A stretch of 47,952 bases of DNA, taken from the NCBI GenBank assembly GCA_964245705.1, contig CAXTOD010000001.1, positions 1 to 47,952 on the forward strand. The letters are read 5' to 3'. Numbering within the stretch: the stretch's first letter is position 1; each line of letters begins with the position of its first letter. The notes beneath the pieces were generated by a model. The model had not been told where the DNA came from, searched no databases, and was given only the letters and a program-made list of their open reading frames with translations. The stretch comes from an uncultured Acetobacteraceae bacterium (GTDB lineage Bacteria; Pseudomonadota; Alphaproteobacteria; Acetobacterales; Acetobacteraceae). The translations under genes and the position numbers were made by a program. Of the stretch, positions 45,034 to 47,952 are shown one piece after another.

Positions 45034-46512
45034 ATGAGCGGTCCGGACGCGGCGGCCCCGGCGGCGGAGGCGGCGATGAGCGGCCTGTTCGCCGGCTACG
45101 GCGCGCAGCGCTTCTTCTGCGAGATCATGAAGGCGGCCGATCCGGAGGACCCGACGGTGCGCCTGATCCGCGACCGGCTGCGCGGCCTGGACGTGGCCGA
45201 ACTGCGGCGCCGCGCGGGCGCGGCGGAAGCGGAGCTGTTCAACCTCGGCATCACCTTCACCGTGTACTCCGAGCGCGACGCGATCGACCGCATCCTGCCG
45301 TTCGACCTGATCCCGCGGGTCCTCACCGCGCCCGAATGGGACGTGATCGAGCGCGGGGTGGTGCAGCGCGTCACCGCCATCAACCGGTTCCTGTGGGACA
45401 TCTACCACGACCAGGCGATCCTGAAGGACGGCGTGGTGCCGCGCGAGCTGGTGCTGGGCAACGCCAACTTCCGGCCCGAGGTGATGGGGCTCGACGTGCC
45501 GCTCGGGGTGTACGTCCACGTCAACGGCACCGACATCGTGCGCGACGACGCCGGGCGGTTCCTGGTGCTGGAGGACAACGCGCGCACCCCGTCCGGCGTG
45601 TCCTACGTGATCGAGAACCGGCACATGATGCTGCGCGTGCTGCCGGACCTGGTGGCCGGCATCGGCATCCGTCCGGTGGAGGAGTACGGCGTGCGGCTGC
45701 AGCAGGCGCTGGCGGCGGTGGCGCCGGCGGGCGTGGTCGATCCGCAGGTCGTGCTGCTGTCGCCCGGCATCTACAACGCGGCCTATTTCGAGCACGTGTT
45801 CCTGGCGCGCGAGATGGGCGTGCCGCTGGTCGAGGGCCGCGACCTGGTGGTCGAGGACGCGCGCGTGTTCATGCGCACCATCGCGGGGCTCCGTCCGGTG
45901 CATTCGATCTACCGGCGCCTGAACGACGACTTCCTCGATCCCGACGTGTTCCGTCCCGACAGCCAGCTCGGCGTGCGCGGGCTCGTGGACGCGTGGCGGC
46001 GCGGCAACGTGGCGATCGCCAACGCGGTCGGCACCGGGGTCGCCGACGACAAGGCGATCTATGCCTACATGCCGCGCATCATCCGCTACTACCTGGACGA
46101 GGACCCGGTGCTCGACAACGTCGAGACCCGGATCTGCCGCGAGCCGGAGGGCCTGCAGTACACGCTGGACAACCTCGAGCGCCTGGTGGTCAAGCCGGTG
46201 GGCGAGTCCGGCGGCTACGGCCTGATCATCGGCCCGCACGCGACGCGGGCGGAGCTGGACGAGTTCCGCGCCAAGCTCAAGGCGGACCCGGCCAACTACA
46301 TCAGCCAGCCGGTGATCAACCTGTCCACCGCGCCCACCTTGTGCGAGAACGGCGTTGAAGCGCGGCACGTCGACCTGCGCCCGTTCGCGGTGACCGGCGC
46401 CTCGACCTGGGTGCTGCCGGGCGGGCTGTCGCGGGTGGCGCTGAAGAAGGGGTCGCTGGTGGTGAACTCGTCGCAGGGCGGCGGGTCGAAGGACACGTGG
46501 GTGCTGTCGTGA
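45034..46512 (+). CDS. Circularly permuted type 2 ATP-grasp protein (DUF404/DUF407-type)
   Basis: GITFTVY, PFDLIPR, LEDNARTPSGVSY, ADDKAIYAY, LVVNSSQGGGSKDTWVL. Confidence 0.95.
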   Translation: MSGPDAAAPAAEAAMSGLFAGYGAQRFFCEIMKAADPEDPTVRLIRDRLRGLDVAELRRRAGAAEAELFNLGITFTVYSERDAIDRILPFDLIPRVLTAPEWDVIERGVVQRVTAINRFLWDIYHDQAILKDGVVPRELVLGNANFRPEVMGLDVPLGVYVHVNGTDIVRDDAGRFLVLEDNARTPSGVSYVIENRHMMLRVLPDLVAGIGIRPVEEYGVRLQQALAAVAPAGVVDPQVVLLSPGIYNAAYFEHVFLAREMGVPLVEGRDLVVEDARVFMRTIAGLRPVHSIYRRLNDDFLDPDVFRPDSQLGVRGLVDAWRRGNVAIANAVGTGVADDKAIYAYMPRIIRYYLDEDPVLDNVETRICREPEGLQYTLDNLERLVVKPVGESGGYGLIIGPHATRAELDEFRAKLKADPANYISQPVINLSTAPTLCENGVEARHVDLRPFAVTGASTWVLPGGLSRVALKKGSLVVNSSQGGGSKDTWVLS

Positions 46513-46537
46513 GGACGCGTGCGTGGTGATCGGAACC

Positions 46538-47671
46538 ATGCCGGGCGCGCTGGTGGACCCGCTGCAGCCGCAGGCGCTGCTGTCGCGCTACGCCGAGAAC
46601 ATCGTCTGGCTGGCGCGCTACATGGAGCGCATCGAGAACCTGGCCCGGATCATCGACGTCACCGAAACCTTCACCCGCACCAGCCAGGTCGAGAACGGCT
46701 GGCGCTCGGTGGTGCAGATCAACGCAGACGAGGCGCGCTACCACGCCGCACGGCAGGAGGCCGACATGCAGGGCGTGGCGGAGTTCTACGTGCTGGACCG
46801 GGAGAACCCGAACTCGATCGCCAGCCTGATCAACGAGTCGCGGGAGAACGCGCGCACACTGCGCCCGCTGATCTCCACCGAGATGTGGACGCACATCAAC
46901 GTGTTCCACAACTGGGTCAGGCAGCTCGGCAGCCACGACATCCGCTCCTCGCAGCTGTCCGGGCTGTGCGCCCGGCTGAAGCAGGATTGCCAGACGCATA
47001 ACGGCATCATCGAGGGCACGTTCTATCGGGACCAGGGCTGGTACTTCTACATGATCGGCAAGTACCTGGAGCGCGGCGACCAGACCACGCGGCTGGTGGA
47101 CATCAAGTACCACACCCTGCTGCCGCCGGAAGCGGGGATCGGCAGCCCGGTCGACATCAGCCAGTGGAGCGCGGTGCTGCGCTCGGCCGCCGCCTACCAC
47201 GCCTATCGCCGGGTGATGCCGCGCTCGCTCACGGCGCCCGCGGTGGTGGGGTTCCTGCTGCTCAACAACGCGTTTCCCCGGTCGCTGGTGCTGACCCTGC
47301 GGCAGGTCTACGGCAGCCTGTCGCAGCTGCGCACCGATTACGGCTTGCGCCAGGGCGGCAGCGCGCTGGAGCGGCTGGAGGAGCTGCGCGCGGCGCTGGC
47401 GGACCAGACGGTGGAGCAGATCATCCTGCGCGGCCTGCACGAGTTCCTGGACTGGGTGCAGGTCGAGCTGCGCCACATCCAGGACGACGTCGCCGACGCG
47501 TTCTGGTCGCTGCGCCCGACCCGGCAGCAGGCCGAACCGGCCGCCGCGATGACGCAGACCATGGGCGGGATGACCCAGAGCATGGGCGGGATGACGCAAG
47601 GCCTGGGCGACATGCGCCAGGATCTCGGCGGGAACGGGGCTGCAACCGGTCGGAATGGCCGGACGGGCTGA
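46538..47671 (+). CDS. Alpha-E domain protein (DUF403)
   Basis: LLSRYAENIVWLARYMERIENLAR, RENARTLR.LIS.EMW, GKYLERGDQT.R, FPRS; start uncertain. Confidence 0.92.
   Translation: MPGALVDPLQPQALLSRYAENIVWLARYMERIENLARIIDVTETFTRTSQVENGWRSVVQINADEARYHAARQEADMQGVAEFYVLDRENPNSIASLINESRENARTLRPLISTEMWTHINVFHNWVRQLGSHDIRSSQLSGLCARLKQDCQTHNGIIEGTFYRDQGWYFYMIGKYLERGDQTTRLVDIKYHTLLPPEAGIGSPVDISQWSAVLRSAAAYHAYRRVMPRSLTAPAVVGFLLLNNAFPRSLVLTLRQVYGSLSQLRTDYGLRQGGSALERLEELRAALADQTVEQIILRGLHEFLDWVQVELRHIQDDVADAFWSLRPTRQQAEPAAAMTQTMGGMTQSMGGMTQGLGDMRQDLGGNGAATGRNGRTG
47549..47632 (+). repeat. 21-bp coding tandem repeat, four degenerate units
   Basis: MTQTMGG MTQSMGG MTQGLGD MRQDLGG. Confidence 0.7.
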
Positions 47672-47717
47672 CGGGCCGGCCAGCGAACCATCCGGACGCA
47701 CACAGGAGGGCCTGCCC

Positions 47718-47952
47718 GTGCTGACGCTCGATCCCGAACCCAGGATCATCACCTTCGACTGCCACGGGACGCTGGTGCAGTGGCGCCGCGCCTTGGCGGA
47801 CGCGGTCCGGGCGATCCTGTCGGGGCACGCCGGAGGCGGCGAGGTCGACGAAGACGAAGTGGCGACGGTCGCCGAACGGGTCCGGCAGGAAGCCCTTGCA
47901 CGGCAGCAACGATCACCACACCGGACCTACAAGACCGTCCTGCGCTCCGCCC
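47718..47952 (+). CDS. HAD-superfamily hydrolase (haloacid dehalogenase-like), truncated by window end
   Basis: SD AGGAGG; MLTLDPEPRIITFDCHGTLVQW. Confidence 0.8.
   Translation, partial: MLTLDPEPRIITFDCHGTLVQWRRALADAVRAILSGHAGGGEVDEDEVATVAERVRQEALARQQRSPHRTYKTVLRSA

Overview
High-GC alphaproteobacterial DNA (gene content suggests Acetobacteraceae-like; inferred, not searched). Positions 1 to ~44190 are most of an integrated temperate podovirus; its integrase and left end lie outside the window. Left to right: a leftward early operon with an antirepressor; a cI/cro switch with TGGG-N6-CCCA operators; a rightward early operon interleaved with antisense genes; a P4/D5-type primase-helicase; a BrnT/BrnA + HicB-remnant + orphan cassette; a stand-alone OmpR/CtrA-type winged-helix gene; terS and a split P22-type terL; a BPP-1/epsilon15-like head, tail and internal-virion module; a lysis module; and a right junction at a 5'-half tRNA-Ser(TGA) fragment. 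Host genes follow (circularly permuted ATP-grasp, alpha-E, HAD hydrolase). Most striking: (1) all three tailspike-like beta-helix proteins carry classical Sec signal peptides, and no conventional cytoplasmic tail fibre is visible; (2) an 11-bp direct-repeat pair, GCC(A/G)TAACAC, sits upstream of three late genes and fits a phage-encoded receiver-less OmpR-type activator; (3) an internal virion protein carries an inserted PBECR-like nuclease domain; (4) there are several single-base lesions (amber in tail tubular B, frameshifts in a peptidase and a HicB remnant). Family calls come from motif recognition by eye; no database searches were run.
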